Origin: Pseudomonadota bacterium
Lineage (GTDB): Bacteria > Pseudomonadota > Gammaproteobacteria > Enterobacterales > Alteromonadaceae
NCBI GenBank assembly: GCA_051747845.1
Contig: JBNJGQ010000001.1
Coordinates: 5,970 to 69,969, forward strand
DNA length: 64,000 nucleotides
Direction of reading: 5' to 3'
Each line of letters begins with the position of its first letter. The first letter of the stretch is position 1. Positions 1-8,563 of this stretch are shown in pieces. The notes beneath the pieces are model-generated. The model searched no databases and was not told where the DNA came from. It saw only the letters and a list, made by a program, of their open reading frames with translations. A program made the position numbers and the translations under genes.

Positions 1-351
1 AAAAGGCGCTTGTGCAGAAATGACCTGATGTCGTTCGATTTTGTTGCTGACATGCACTAAACCTGGCGCAGGCCAGGGGAAGCTGTCATCCAGCATTTGA
101 GAAAGATGAGCTCGTTGAGCAATGCAATAGAGCATGGCTAATGGGACATCGCTGACGAAGTCATTAAACGCTTGATGATAACGACTCAGGTGCTTTTCTG
201 TAGGTGCAGGAATAGAGTAACTTTTGCATAAAGTTTCTGATTCGGCCTCAGACTCGTCACTGCGTTGCAAGGTTAACAGTGAACGCAGCAGCATACTTGG
301 CATAGGTGCCAGCTTCTGAGTGGTTGTATCAACACGTTCCATAGTGACCAT
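1..351 (-). CDS. MaoC-like acyl dehydratase, 5' part (runs off the window start)
   Basis: Not in ORF track. Manual translation from ATG at 351 (GGAG SD at 356-359) is open to base 1: MVTMERVDTT...AHLSQMLDDSFPWPAPGLVHVSNKIE; the FPxPxxGLVHxxN motif is typical of double hot-dog MaoC dehydratases. Confidence 0.7.
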   Translation of the reverse strand, partial: MVTMERVDTTTQKLAPMPSMLLRSLLTLQRSDESEAESETLCKSYSIPAPTEKHLSRYHQAFNDFVSDVPLAMLYCIAQRAHLSQMLDDSFPWPAPGLVHVSNKIERHQVISAQAPF

Positions 352-417
352 TAAACTCCATACTGATAATACGGCTATTCTCGCACATGTCTCGTACTAT
401 CAACAGTCCGACCACTT

Positions 418-443
418 AAAGGCCGCCCCGCAGAGCGACCTTT
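418..443 (-). terminator. Probable intrinsic terminator after the BCCT gene
   Basis: Minus strand AAAGGTCGCTC-TGCG-GGGCGGCCTTT hairpin (with G-U pairs) about 10 nt after the stop codon. Confidence 0.55.
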
Positions 444-453
444 TACAGTCCTT

Positions 454-2496
454 TTACTTCTTAGTCTCAAGGTCGTCATTCAAGTCTTCGTCATGCTTCT
501 CGAGATCCCAGGGTAAAACCCCAGGACTATGATGACGAAAATGGAGGTAGTTCTCAAACTGGTTGATCACGTCGTTGATGATATCCGTTTTCTCATAACC
601 ATAGAGATCATACGACTGACCACCTTGTCTGAGGAAAACCTCAGCACGATAGTAGATCTCTCTATTTTTGTCGTTAGTTAGGGCAAACTCAGGTAACAGG
701 TAGTCCCTTAAACGAATTTCATAAGCAAAGTCGAGATCATCTTTTCGTTCAACGCTGAGAATAATGCGGTCATGTTCTTCGTCAGCCCTGAACTCAGCGG
801 GCCAGTCCTGTCCTTTCAGTTCATCCCGAACGTTTTTCAGGCTCTCGGTTGCAGGGCCGTTAATAAACTCCAGCACCGCCTCTTTTTTCGGAAAGTCGAC
901 CAGTCCGGCCAGGCGCTTCTTCCAATAGTCGGGACCTTCGTTAACGCCACGACGATGAGAATGACGGTGACTTTGCAGGCTATTGGACTGATACCCTTCA
1001 ATAACCAAGGCACGCCACATTCCCACTGCTGATATCAAAATAATGATGGCAAAGGGCAAGGCGCTGGTAATAGCAGCCGTTTGTAGAGCTCCCAGGCCAC
1101 CTGCTACGAGCAGTACTGCTGCAACAATACCTTCGGTACTGGCCCAGAAAATGCGCTGCCATACAGGCGTTTCCATCATGCCGCCGGAAGACAGGGAATC
1201 AATGACGAGAGAGCCGGAGTCTGACGACGTAACGAAGAAGGTAATAATTAAAAGTACGGTCAGAAAGCTCAATATGCTGGTCATTGGCAGGTTTTCGTAA
1301 AGCTTAAACAATGCCACTGCCTGGTTGTCCTGAACTTCCGAGATCAACGTTGTATAACCTTCGTTCATTATCATGTTGAGCGCGGTGTCGCCAAACACAG
1401 CGAACCAGAAGAAAGTGAATATTGTAGGCACCAGCATTACCCCGAAAACAAACTGGCGGATGGTGCGACCCCGGCTTATTTTTGCAATAAATAGTCCGAC
1501 AAAAGGCGCCCAGGCAATGGTCCAGCCGAATATAAACAAGGTCCAGTTACCAATCCAGTCGCTGCGCTCGTAAGCTTGCAGATTAAAGGTGCGCTCCACA
1601 ATGCCACTTAAATAAGCCCCGGTGTTTTGCAGGAAAGTTTCCAGAATATGAATCGTTGGTCCGACTGCGAAAACGAACAGAAGCAAGAAGACAACCAAGG
1701 TCATATTAAGCAGCGATAACCGCTTTATTCCTTTGTCCATACCGGCCACCACTGAGGCTATAGCGGCCAGGGTAATGAGTCCTATGGAAATAACCTGAAC
1801 CATGGTTCCGACGGGAATATCTTCCCACAAATAATTGAGACCGGCATTAATCTGAATTACTGACAGCCCCAGGGTGGTTGCGATACCGAACATAGTGCTG
1901 AGAATAGCGAAAGTATCTATGGTATGCCCGATTGGTCCGTTTATTCTGTCGCCAATAAGCGGGTAAAGGGTTGAGCGCATGGTAAGCGGTAAGCCGTGGC
2001 GAAAGGAAAAATAAGCCAGTACCAAACCAACGAGTCCATAAATGGCCCAAATATGGAAACCCCAATGAAAATACGCAATTTGCATGGCCTGCTTAGCCGA
2101 ACTGACTGTTTCAGCCGCTCCTGCAGGAGGCTCTGCATAATGTAATATGGGTTCGGAAACGCCGAAAAAGAGCAATGCAATGCCGTAGCCAGCCGAGAAC
2201 AGCATGGCAAACCAGGACGTAAAACTGTATTCAGGCTCGCAATGATCAGGGCCCAGCTTAATCTTGCCCCAATTGGAAACGGCTACACCAATAATGAATA
2301 TGAGGAAAAGCGCGACCGCCAGCATGTAGAACCAACCAAAGTTGTCGGTAATGCCAGCTAATGTCCAGTCGAATAGCTCTCCGGCTTTATCTGGCGCACT
2401 TAAAGTGCCTATAACCAGCAGGGCAATAACAATTACTGCAGGAAGAAAGACCGGAAGTAAGATAGCAGAATGCCATTTGCTCTTTTCGGCTGACAT
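454..2496 (-). CDS. betT: BCCT-family betaine/choline transporter with long C-terminal domain (BetT-like)
   Basis: 680 aa; SWFAMLFSAGYGI, YFHWGFHIWAIY, WTLFIFGWTIAWAPFVGLFIAKISRGRT, FFVTSSDSGS motifs; C-terminal YRAEVFL domain as in BetT. Confidence 0.85.
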   Translation of the reverse strand: MSAEKSKWHSAILLPVFLPAVIVIALLVIGTLSAPDKAGELFDWTLAGITDNFGWFYMLAVALFLIFIIGVAVSNWGKIKLGPDHCEPEYSFTSWFAMLFSAGYGIALLFFGVSEPILHYAEPPAGAAETVSSAKQAMQIAYFHWGFHIWAIYGLVGLVLAYFSFRHGLPLTMRSTLYPLIGDRINGPIGHTIDTFAILSTMFGIATTLGLSVIQINAGLNYLWEDIPVGTMVQVISIGLITLAAIASVVAGMDKGIKRLSLLNMTLVVFLLLFVFAVGPTIHILETFLQNTGAYLSGIVERTFNLQAYERSDWIGNWTLFIFGWTIAWAPFVGLFIAKISRGRTIRQFVFGVMLVPTIFTFFWFAVFGDTALNMIMNEGYTTLISEVQDNQAVALFKLYENLPMTSILSFLTVLLIITFFVTSSDSGSLVIDSLSSGGMMETPVWQRIFWASTEGIVAAVLLVAGGLGALQTAAITSALPFAIIILISAVGMWRALVIEGYQSNSLQSHRHSHRRGVNEGPDYWKKRLAGLVDFPKKEAVLEFINGPATESLKNVRDELKGQDWPAEFRADEEHDRIILSVERKDDLDFAYEIRLRDYLLPEFALTNDKNREIYYRAEVFLRQGGQSYDLYGYEKTDIINDVINQFENYLHFRHHSPGVLPWDLEKHDEDLNDDLETKK

Positions 2497-2647
2497 AAAA
2501 GCTCCTGTTTTTTCTAATATTTATTTATATATAGACTACTCAGAAAGATTTGTAATGGGTCACTTTGTATTAAATTACTGTTTAGTTTCTGGCCACTGCG
2601 GTATTATGAACAACGTTGTTGTAGTGGATATAAAGTGACTTAGCCGT

Positions 2648-3814
2648 ATGAATACTGATAAGAGTCCCGTGAATTTAGAGCACTTAGCAAACGCTGTTCC
2701 AGGTGCCCTTTACCAACTTGAACGCTCGCCTGACGGAGAATTAAAGTTCAACTATGTAAGCCAGGGTGTGGAAACTATTTTCGGGTGCTCGGCTGAAGCA
2801 CTGAGTAAAGATATTAACTTGCTTAGCACCATTATTCACCCCGACGACTTACTGTCAGTACTTAAAAGTATGCATGACTCCGCGCGTTACCAATATCGTT
2901 GGATAAAAGAATACCGTGTAATTAGAAATGGCAAAGAAGCCTGGATATACGGACATGCGGTAACGATTCGGCAAGACGATGGCAGTACCTTGTGGAATGG
3001 CCAAATGCTCGACATCACTGAGCGAAAAACTCTGGAATTGAAAGCTGAAGAAAACCAGCGAAACTTAATATTAGCTGAACGTGTCGGCGGCCTGGGTCAC
3101 TGGCAGTTGGATCTGGAAACCGGGTTGTCTCAATGGTCAGACACTATGTACGACTTGCATGGGTTGAACAAAGCCAAAACAAAGCCGTCTTTAGCTTTAG
3201 TGATGGATAAGACACACCCGGAAGACAGGCAGGAACTAACAGAAGCTATTGCAGCGGTAAAACAGTCCGGTGCGCGGGACGTAGAGCATCGTATTATGCT
3301 AGCTGACGGCGAAATTCGCTGGTTACGTGAATCTGGAATTTACCGAACAACTGACGATGGCCGGGAAATAATTTTCGGTACGACTCAGGATATTACCGAT
3401 TACAAAGAGCTTGAACTGAAGCTAAGGCAAACCGGGGGCAGTGATGAGCACACTGGGTTTTATAACCGACGTCTTATGCTGCAGTCATTGCAACGTCGTT
3501 TTAGTTTGTTTCAGGCGCATTCTGAATACCAATACTATGTTCTAGTCGTAAAAGTGGCTGACGATGTTACTGCCATAAAAATAGCCAGCCAAATATTGCG
3601 TAACAGTATTCGTGATTACGATATTCCGGGTAGTTTAGGGAATGGTATTATTGTTGTTCTTATGTCGACGCTTTCTGCCGAGCGCAATAATGAGTGTCTA
3701 ACCGAAGTAAAGCAACAGCTAACAGAGCAAGACGTGAACCATAAGATTGCTTTGGAGTGCGCTCAGGTAACGGATCTGCGCTTTGACGATGTGTTAGTCA
3801 GAGCGCTGCATTAA
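2648..3814 (+). CDS. PAS-PAS protein with degenerate GGDEF-like C-terminal domain
   Basis: Two PAS_3 repeats (IHPDD...EYR...WI; THPEDR...EHRI...WL..DIT), then DEHTGFYNRR; GGDEF position reads GNGII, preceded by RDYD. Confidence 0.8.
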   Translation: MNTDKSPVNLEHLANAVPGALYQLERSPDGELKFNYVSQGVETIFGCSAEALSKDINLLSTIIHPDDLLSVLKSMHDSARYQYRWIKEYRVIRNGKEAWIYGHAVTIRQDDGSTLWNGQMLDITERKTLELKAEENQRNLILAERVGGLGHWQLDLETGLSQWSDTMYDLHGLNKAKTKPSLALVMDKTHPEDRQELTEAIAAVKQSGARDVEHRIMLADGEIRWLRESGIYRTTDDGREIIFGTTQDITDYKELELKLRQTGGSDEHTGFYNRRLMLQSLQRRFSLFQAHSEYQYYVLVVKVADDVTAIKIASQILRNSIRDYDIPGSLGNGIIVVLMSTLSAERNNECLTEVKQQLTEQDVNHKIALECAQVTDLRFDDVLVRALH

Positions 3815-3823
3815 CTTCATCGC

Positions 3824-5071
3824 TTACGGTTTATCGATAGCCCAGTCACAGGCCTTACCCATAGTATTAAGCGGTAATTGCTGACCAAAGCTGATGTGCT
3901 CAGGCACTTCCGCTGCAAGCAAGCGCTCGCCTAACCAGTTTTTTATACTTTGCGCAGTTAGGGGGGGCTCGCAATGACTTTGTAAAACAACGAACGCCTT
4001 TAACCCCGTTCCTTCATTAGCTTTGAGTGGTCTGACAGTGGCGTTGGCAATAGCAGGGTGTTGCCGCAAACAATCAGCAACATGCTCCGGAAACACATTG
4101 GTTCCTCTTATTGAAACTGCCTTATCAACGCGTCCTTTAATCTGAAATTCCCGGTCACTTTTCCAGTCCGTCTTATCGGGTAAATCGAAGCTTAACAACG
4201 TATTTCTGTCCACAACGCATTGCGGATTACTGTCATGACTGCGCCAGCGAGGAAGCAACCGATAACTGTCCTCTGGTTCGCTGCGATAACCCAGGCCTGC
4301 GGTTTCTGAACTGCCATAGATTTCGACAGCCCTTGCAGCACCCATAGCGTAGAGCTGATGCAGTGTACCTGGCGGGCAGTGACCTGTTGAGCTCATAAAA
4401 AGCACGCCAGGTGGTAATGGAGGAATCTCCGTCGCAAGTTGAGTTAATAACTCCGGAAAACCGACAACGATATCCCCTGCACGTAAGCCTCCGTTGCGAA
4501 CATGGCTATAGGCTTTAAATCCTCTTATAACCGGAATGTCGACGATATTAGGTAGCAAAACGGTAAACAGAAAACCATAAATATGATGACTGGGCACCAA
4601 GGCGACCACTCTGTTGGGTGATATGTCGTATTCATTATTGAAAATGCGAACGAATGAATTCACTTCCTCAACCAAAGCGCTCCATGAGTGCTCACAAGCC
4701 TTAGGTTGTCCGGTACTGCCAGAGGTGGTTACTGTCAGATTTTGAGAGTGAACTTGTCGTGACTTGAGTACCACTTCAGCCCATTCAGACAGACTGTGAC
4801 GACGTAAGAGGTAATCTTCTACTCCACTGTCTCCCATGTGGAAAAACTGAACAACACGCCCTGCTAGAGCAAGTCTCTCCAGTGAGTCTACAGCAACAGC
4901 CTCGTCACCATTGTCTTTTGTGGCCTGGTTTTTTGATACCAAATAGTCGTCTTCGTGCCATTGCCGGCGTTTCCAGTGTTCGCTTTCAGCCGGACGCATT
5001 CTGGATAACTCATCGGCGATGAGATCGCCGATGACAGTAACAATGAAATGGTGGTTGAGTGAGGTTGTCAC
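3824..5071 (-). CDS. pcl: p-coumarate--CoA ligase, PYP-activation family (AMP-binding)
   Basis: TTSGSTGQPK P-loop, HHIYGFLF, EIYGSSETAG, GRVD, LP..MGK. Probable GTG start at 5071, 1 nt after the pyp stop (ORF track extends to 5089). Confidence 0.9.
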   Translation of the reverse strand: MTTSLNHHFIVTVIGDLIADELSRMRPAESEHWKRRQWHEDDYLVSKNQATKDNGDEAVAVDSLERLALAGRVVQFFHMGDSGVEDYLLRRHSLSEWAEVVLKSRQVHSQNLTVTTSGSTGQPKACEHSWSALVEEVNSFVRIFNNEYDISPNRVVALVPSHHIYGFLFTVLLPNIVDIPVIRGFKAYSHVRNGGLRAGDIVVGFPELLTQLATEIPPLPPGVLFMSSTGHCPPGTLHQLYAMGAARAVEIYGSSETAGLGYRSEPEDSYRLLPRWRSHDSNPQCVVDRNTLLSFDLPDKTDWKSDREFQIKGRVDKAVSIRGTNVFPEHVADCLRQHPAIANATVRPLKANEGTGLKAFVVLQSHCEPPLTAQSIKNWLGERLLAAEVPEHISFGQQLPLNTMGKACDWAIDKP

Positions 5072-5072
5072 G

Positions 5073-5450
5073 TTATAGCCGCTTAACAAACACCCAGTAA
5101 GTATCCCCGGTCAGGGCTTTTTTCATGTGCACTTTGACCTTAGTAGGCTTCATTTCGTAGTCAAAAACGTACTCGAACATGGTGTTCAAGTTGCCACTTT
5201 TAACGCCTTCGTCGAAACGACCTTTAAACTCAGGACTGTTTGTACAAGGAGCCACTTCCTTGAAAAAGTTTTTACCGACAACAGCACCTGGATCGCGACC
5301 CGTAATATCGCCTTCAGCGGCATTGTACTGAATAATCTTACCATTGCCGTCAAGTTGAATAGCACCGAACGCAATGTCGTTTAATTTATCATCTGACATC
5401 TTTGCCAAAGTATTTTCAATATCATCCGAACCGAACTGAACAATTTCCAT
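5073..5450 (-). CDS. pyp: Photoactive yellow protein
   Basis: 125 aa; Y42, E46, T50, R52, chromophore Cys69 (VAPCT) and M100 all at canonical positions. Confidence 0.97.
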   Translation of the reverse strand: MEIVQFGSDDIENTLAKMSDDKLNDIAFGAIQLDGNGKIIQYNAAEGDITGRDPGAVVGKNFFKEVAPCTNSPEFKGRFDEGVKSGNLNTMFEYVFDYEMKPTKVKVHMKKALTGDTYWVFVKRL

Positions 5451-5543
5451 AGTGTTTCCCTTATTTAAAATGTTTCTGTTAATAGTCTTTACTGAAACCT
5501 TTGGATCATATTTCTTAACACTTCTTAAAGTGAAATTAGGAAT

Positions 5544-5563
5544 AAGCAGGTCTATACTTGCTT
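5544..5563. promoter_or_regulatory. Inverted repeat overlapping a -10 (TATACT) of tetR; candidate TetR operator
   Basis: AAGCAGGT-CTAT-ACTTGCTT (7/8 symmetric) in the pyp/tetR divergent gap. Confidence 0.45.
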
Positions 5564-5581
5564 TCAGGTCAATAATTAAGG

Positions 5582-6181
5582 ATGAAGAAAATGCCCAGAA
5601 CGCCTAAATTTCACCGGGAAACAGCGCTTAATAACGCGCTCAAGCTTTTCTGGCGGAAGGGATATCACGCGACCTCAATGAAGGACATTGAAGAACAAAT
5701 GGACATGAGGCCGGGAAGTATTTACGCAGCCTTTGGTAACAAGGAGGCTCTGTTTAAAGAGACACTGGAAAAGTATGCTTTGCTTGCGGCAGAAGAGTTT
5801 GAACAAACATTGGCTCAAAGGTCGTCTATTTTGCAGGGTATCAGTTTGTATCTTCGCAATATAGCGGTAATGACGTCTAATGAATCGCCGACGAAAGCCT
5901 GCATGTTAGTGAAAACTCTGCTGGAATTTACCCCGGAAGACAGAGCGTTTAGTGAACCAGCCAAAGCGTACCTGAACCAGTTTGAGCGGTGCTTTACCGA
6001 TGCGTTCATTCAGGCTCAACGGCGTGGAGAGATTGGTCAGTCTCAATCTCCGGAACGCCTTGCCCGTTTGTTGCAAACCAATATTATTGGGCTACGAACC
6101 ATGGCTAGACGAGGTATTTCTCAGCAAGAACTGGAGAGCCTGGCAGACGATATTATTGCGCGGATTATTCCTGCAAGTTAA
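5582..6181 (+). CDS. TetR/AcrR-family transcriptional regulator
   Basis: [18 protein letters not shown]...[17 protein letters not shown]; C-terminal ACMLVKT as in the NemR/ComR-like group. Confidence 0.92.
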   Translation: MKKMPRTPKFHRETALNNALKLFWRKGYHATSMKDIEEQMDMRPGSIYAAFGNKEALFKETLEKYALLAAEEFEQTLAQRSSILQGISLYLRNIAVMTSNESPTKACMLVKTLLEFTPEDRAFSEPAKAYLNQFERCFTDAFIQAQRRGEIGQSQSPERLARLLQTNIIGLRTMARRGISQQELESLADDIIARIIPAS

Positions 6182-7412
6182 ATAGCCCTTTGTACCCTTT
6201 AGGGTTAAAGCGCCAAGTTATAAGCAGAATTAATAAGCCGACAATAATGTGTAATTGCCAGCCGAGGGTGTAATTGCCCGAGACGTCTCTGAACCACCCG
6301 GTTAAAAGCGGCATGAGGCTGGCAAACATAAAGCCAATACCTTGCATAAAAGAAACCAGACGCCCGGCTTGCACTGGGTTGTCGATATGATCCAACGCCA
6401 TAACAATGCACAGTGGGAAAGCACCGCCTAAACCAAAACCGCAAAGTGCGGACCATAGCCAGGGTGCCTCTGTCGGGAACCAGCTTAATCCGGCAAAGCC
6501 CACCATCTGGGTGATAACCGCTACCATTAACCAAAAGCGTCTGTCTTGCGTTCGAGATAAGGCTGGCAGCAATAAAGCACCAATAACCTGAACTAAAGAA
6601 AACAGTGCCAATAAATTCCCTGCTTTTTGTGCCGGCCAGTCAAACTCTGCGTAAAACGGCGCTATCCAGGCAATAAACCCTGCATAACCTGCATTGACCA
6701 AGGCAAAGTAAATACCGAGCAGCCATGCCCGGGGATAACGATGAGCACGCAAGAGCAGGTGTCTTGGAGGGATACTGGCTACTGGAACCCGGTTAAAAGG
6801 GAGGTACCAAATGACAAGTACCAGTAGAGCCAACAGGGACCAGCTTCCCAGAGCCTGAAATCGTTCAGGTAGTAAGTTTGCAGCCCAGGGAGTGGCAACA
6901 GCACCTAGTGCAGCACCACCCATCAGTGCAGCAGACCAAAGGCCGGTGACCATGCCTAAGCGGTTCAGATACTTTTGTTTGGTCAGCTCAGGGATCACAA
7001 TATGAAGCAGTGCAATACCAACGCCACCAACCAGAGCACTACTGATTAAGCTTATATTTGTCGGTTCAAATAGGCGTGCTACCAAGCCCACGCAAAGCAC
7101 AAGCAGGCCAAGACCTATACCCTGTTTATAACCTAACGCTGTAGTTACCCGACCAGCGAATAAAGCCATTAAACCAATCATTAAGATGGGCAGTGTGGTC
7201 AGTAGCGAAACTTCACTAAAAGACAACTTGGTAATGGTTTGTAGTTCGTCGGTAAGAGGCCCTACCGAGGTGAGCAGCGGCCTTAGATTCAGCCCCAGTA
7301 ATACCAGAACCAGCAAGCCGAAAAGCAGGGGAAGTTTTGATGATTGTGCCACAGGCGCTGATGAAGTCTGCAAATTAGTACCGCTGCTGCGTAAAAGCCA
7401 TACTTTACTCAA
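6165..7412 (-). CDS. MFS transporter, CynX/cyanate permease-like
   Basis: [12 protein letters not shown] motif, about 12 TM segments, FMQGIGF. Start uncertain. Confidence 0.85.
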   Translation of the reverse strand: MSKVWLLRSSGTNLQTSSAPVAQSSKLPLLFGLLVLVLLGLNLRPLLTSVGPLTDELQTITKLSFSEVSLLTTLPILMIGLMALFAGRVTTALGYKQGIGLGLLVLCVGLVARLFEPTNISLISSALVGGVGIALLHIVIPELTKQKYLNRLGMVTGLWSAALMGGAALGAVATPWAANLLPERFQALGSWSLLALLVLVIWYLPFNRVPVASIPPRHLLLRAHRYPRAWLLGIYFALVNAGYAGFIAWIAPFYAEFDWPAQKAGNLLALFSLVQVIGALLLPALSRTQDRRFWLMVAVITQMVGFAGLSWFPTEAPWLWSALCGFGLGGAFPLCIVMALDHIDNPVQAGRLVSFMQGIGFMFASLMPLLTGWFRDVSGNYTLGWQLHIIVGLLILLITWRFNPKGYKGLFNLQE

Positions 7413-7488
7413 TTTTCATCGCGGTGTGAAACCGTGTTATTATTTCGCGCCAACAGTGATCGTCCGTTTCTTAAAAAGAGAACCCGTT

Positions 7489-8124
7489 ATGACCGCGTCT
7501 CCGGTGTTAGGGAATTTGTTTATCATTGCGGCCCCCAGTGGCGCAGGCAAGTCGAGCCTGATACGAGCTTTGTTGGAAAAACATCCCGATCAATCCATGC
7601 AGGTATCTGTATCATCCACCACGCGCGCACCCCGTCCGGGTGAAGTCCAGGGTGTCCACTACCACTTTCTCAATACTGACGAGTTTGAACAGCACATTGA
7701 TGCGGGTGAGTTCTATGAATGGGCGCGTGTGTTTGGTAATTATTATGGTACCTCTCGTAAAGTTGTCGAGTCTTTGTTGGCTGATGGCAAAGATGTTTTC
7801 CTCGATATTGACTGGCAGGGCGCTCAGCAAGTTCGTGAGCACCACCCTGACGTGCGTTCGGTTTTTATTGTCCCCCCCAGCCTGGAAATTCTGGAAGAGC
7901 GTTTGCGTTTTCGAGGCCAGGATTCGGACGAAGTTATTGCTGAGCGCATGGCAAAAGCTCAGGCAGAAATGTCGCATTATCATGAGTTTGACTACTTACT
8001 GGTAAACGATGACTTTGATAGTACTTTGGCATCGTTGGAGCATATTGTATTTGCCCAGAGGCATAAAATGCCGCATCAACAAGTAAGATATTCAAAGGTA
8101 TTGAAGGAATTGCTTGGATCATAG
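7489..8124 (+). CDS. gmk: Guanylate kinase
   Basis: [11 protein letters not shown]-loop, [21 protein letters not shown]; true start set at ATG 7489 inside the longer 7186 ORF. Confidence 0.97.
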   Translation: MTASPVLGNLFIIAAPSGAGKSSLIRALLEKHPDQSMQVSVSSTTRAPRPGEVQGVHYHFLNTDEFEQHIDAGEFYEWARVFGNYYGTSRKVVESLLADGKDVFLDIDWQGAQQVREHHPDVRSVFIVPPSLEILEERLRFRGQDSDEVIAERMAKAQAEMSHYHEFDYLLVNDDFDSTLASLEHIVFAQRHKMPHQQVRYSKVLKELLGS

Positions 8125-8142
8125 GGCTTAATTCCGTATAAT
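8114..8142 (+). promoter_or_regulatory. Putative sigma70 promoter for rpoZ-spoT
   Basis: TTGGAT(8114-8119)-N17-TATAAT(8137-8142). Confidence 0.5.
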
Positions 8143-8190
8143 TCTTAGCCTTTCGAAAAATACGACTCACGCTTTATTTGGAGTAAAACC

Positions 8191-8460
8191 ATGGCTCGCG
8201 TAACTGTAGAAGATGCTGTAGACCGTGTTGGTAACCGTTTTGATTTAATTTTGTTAGCTTCACGCCGCGCGCGTCAGTTGGCTAATGGTAAAGAACCATT
8301 AGTTGAGACAAAGAACGAAAAGCCAACTGTTATTGCTTTGCGTGAAATCGAGCAAGGTCTTATCGACAACGAACGTCTGGATATTGAAGACCAGGCCGCT
8401 CAAAAGCAGCAAGACGCTGAAGAACTGCGTGCGGTAGACGCATTACGCGGTATCGAATAA
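8191..8460 (+). CDS. rpoZ: RNA polymerase omega subunit
   Basis: [21 protein letters not shown]...[10 protein letters not shown]. Confidence 0.98.
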   Translation: MARVTVEDAVDRVGNRFDLILLASRRARQLANGKEPLVETKNEKPTVIALREIEQGLIDNERLDIEDQAAQKQQDAEELRAVDALRGIE

Positions 8461-8563
8461 AAGTTTCTTTTCGCCAACGGCACCACTGCCGTTGGCAATT
8501 CTGTCAAATCCCCTTATTCTGAAAGTATATTCATAAGTCCGGCGTGACCCGGGGAGTTATCTG

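Noticed and set aside
2609-2620. Perfect palindrome AACAACGTTGTT in the betT/PAS gap as a BetI operator
   Set aside because: Does not match the BetI consensus well and no betI is nearby; may be chance.
7186-7488. 101-aa N-terminal extension of Gmk in the ORF track
   Set aside because: Overlaps the opposite-strand MFS gene; Gmk similarity starts at ATG 7489.
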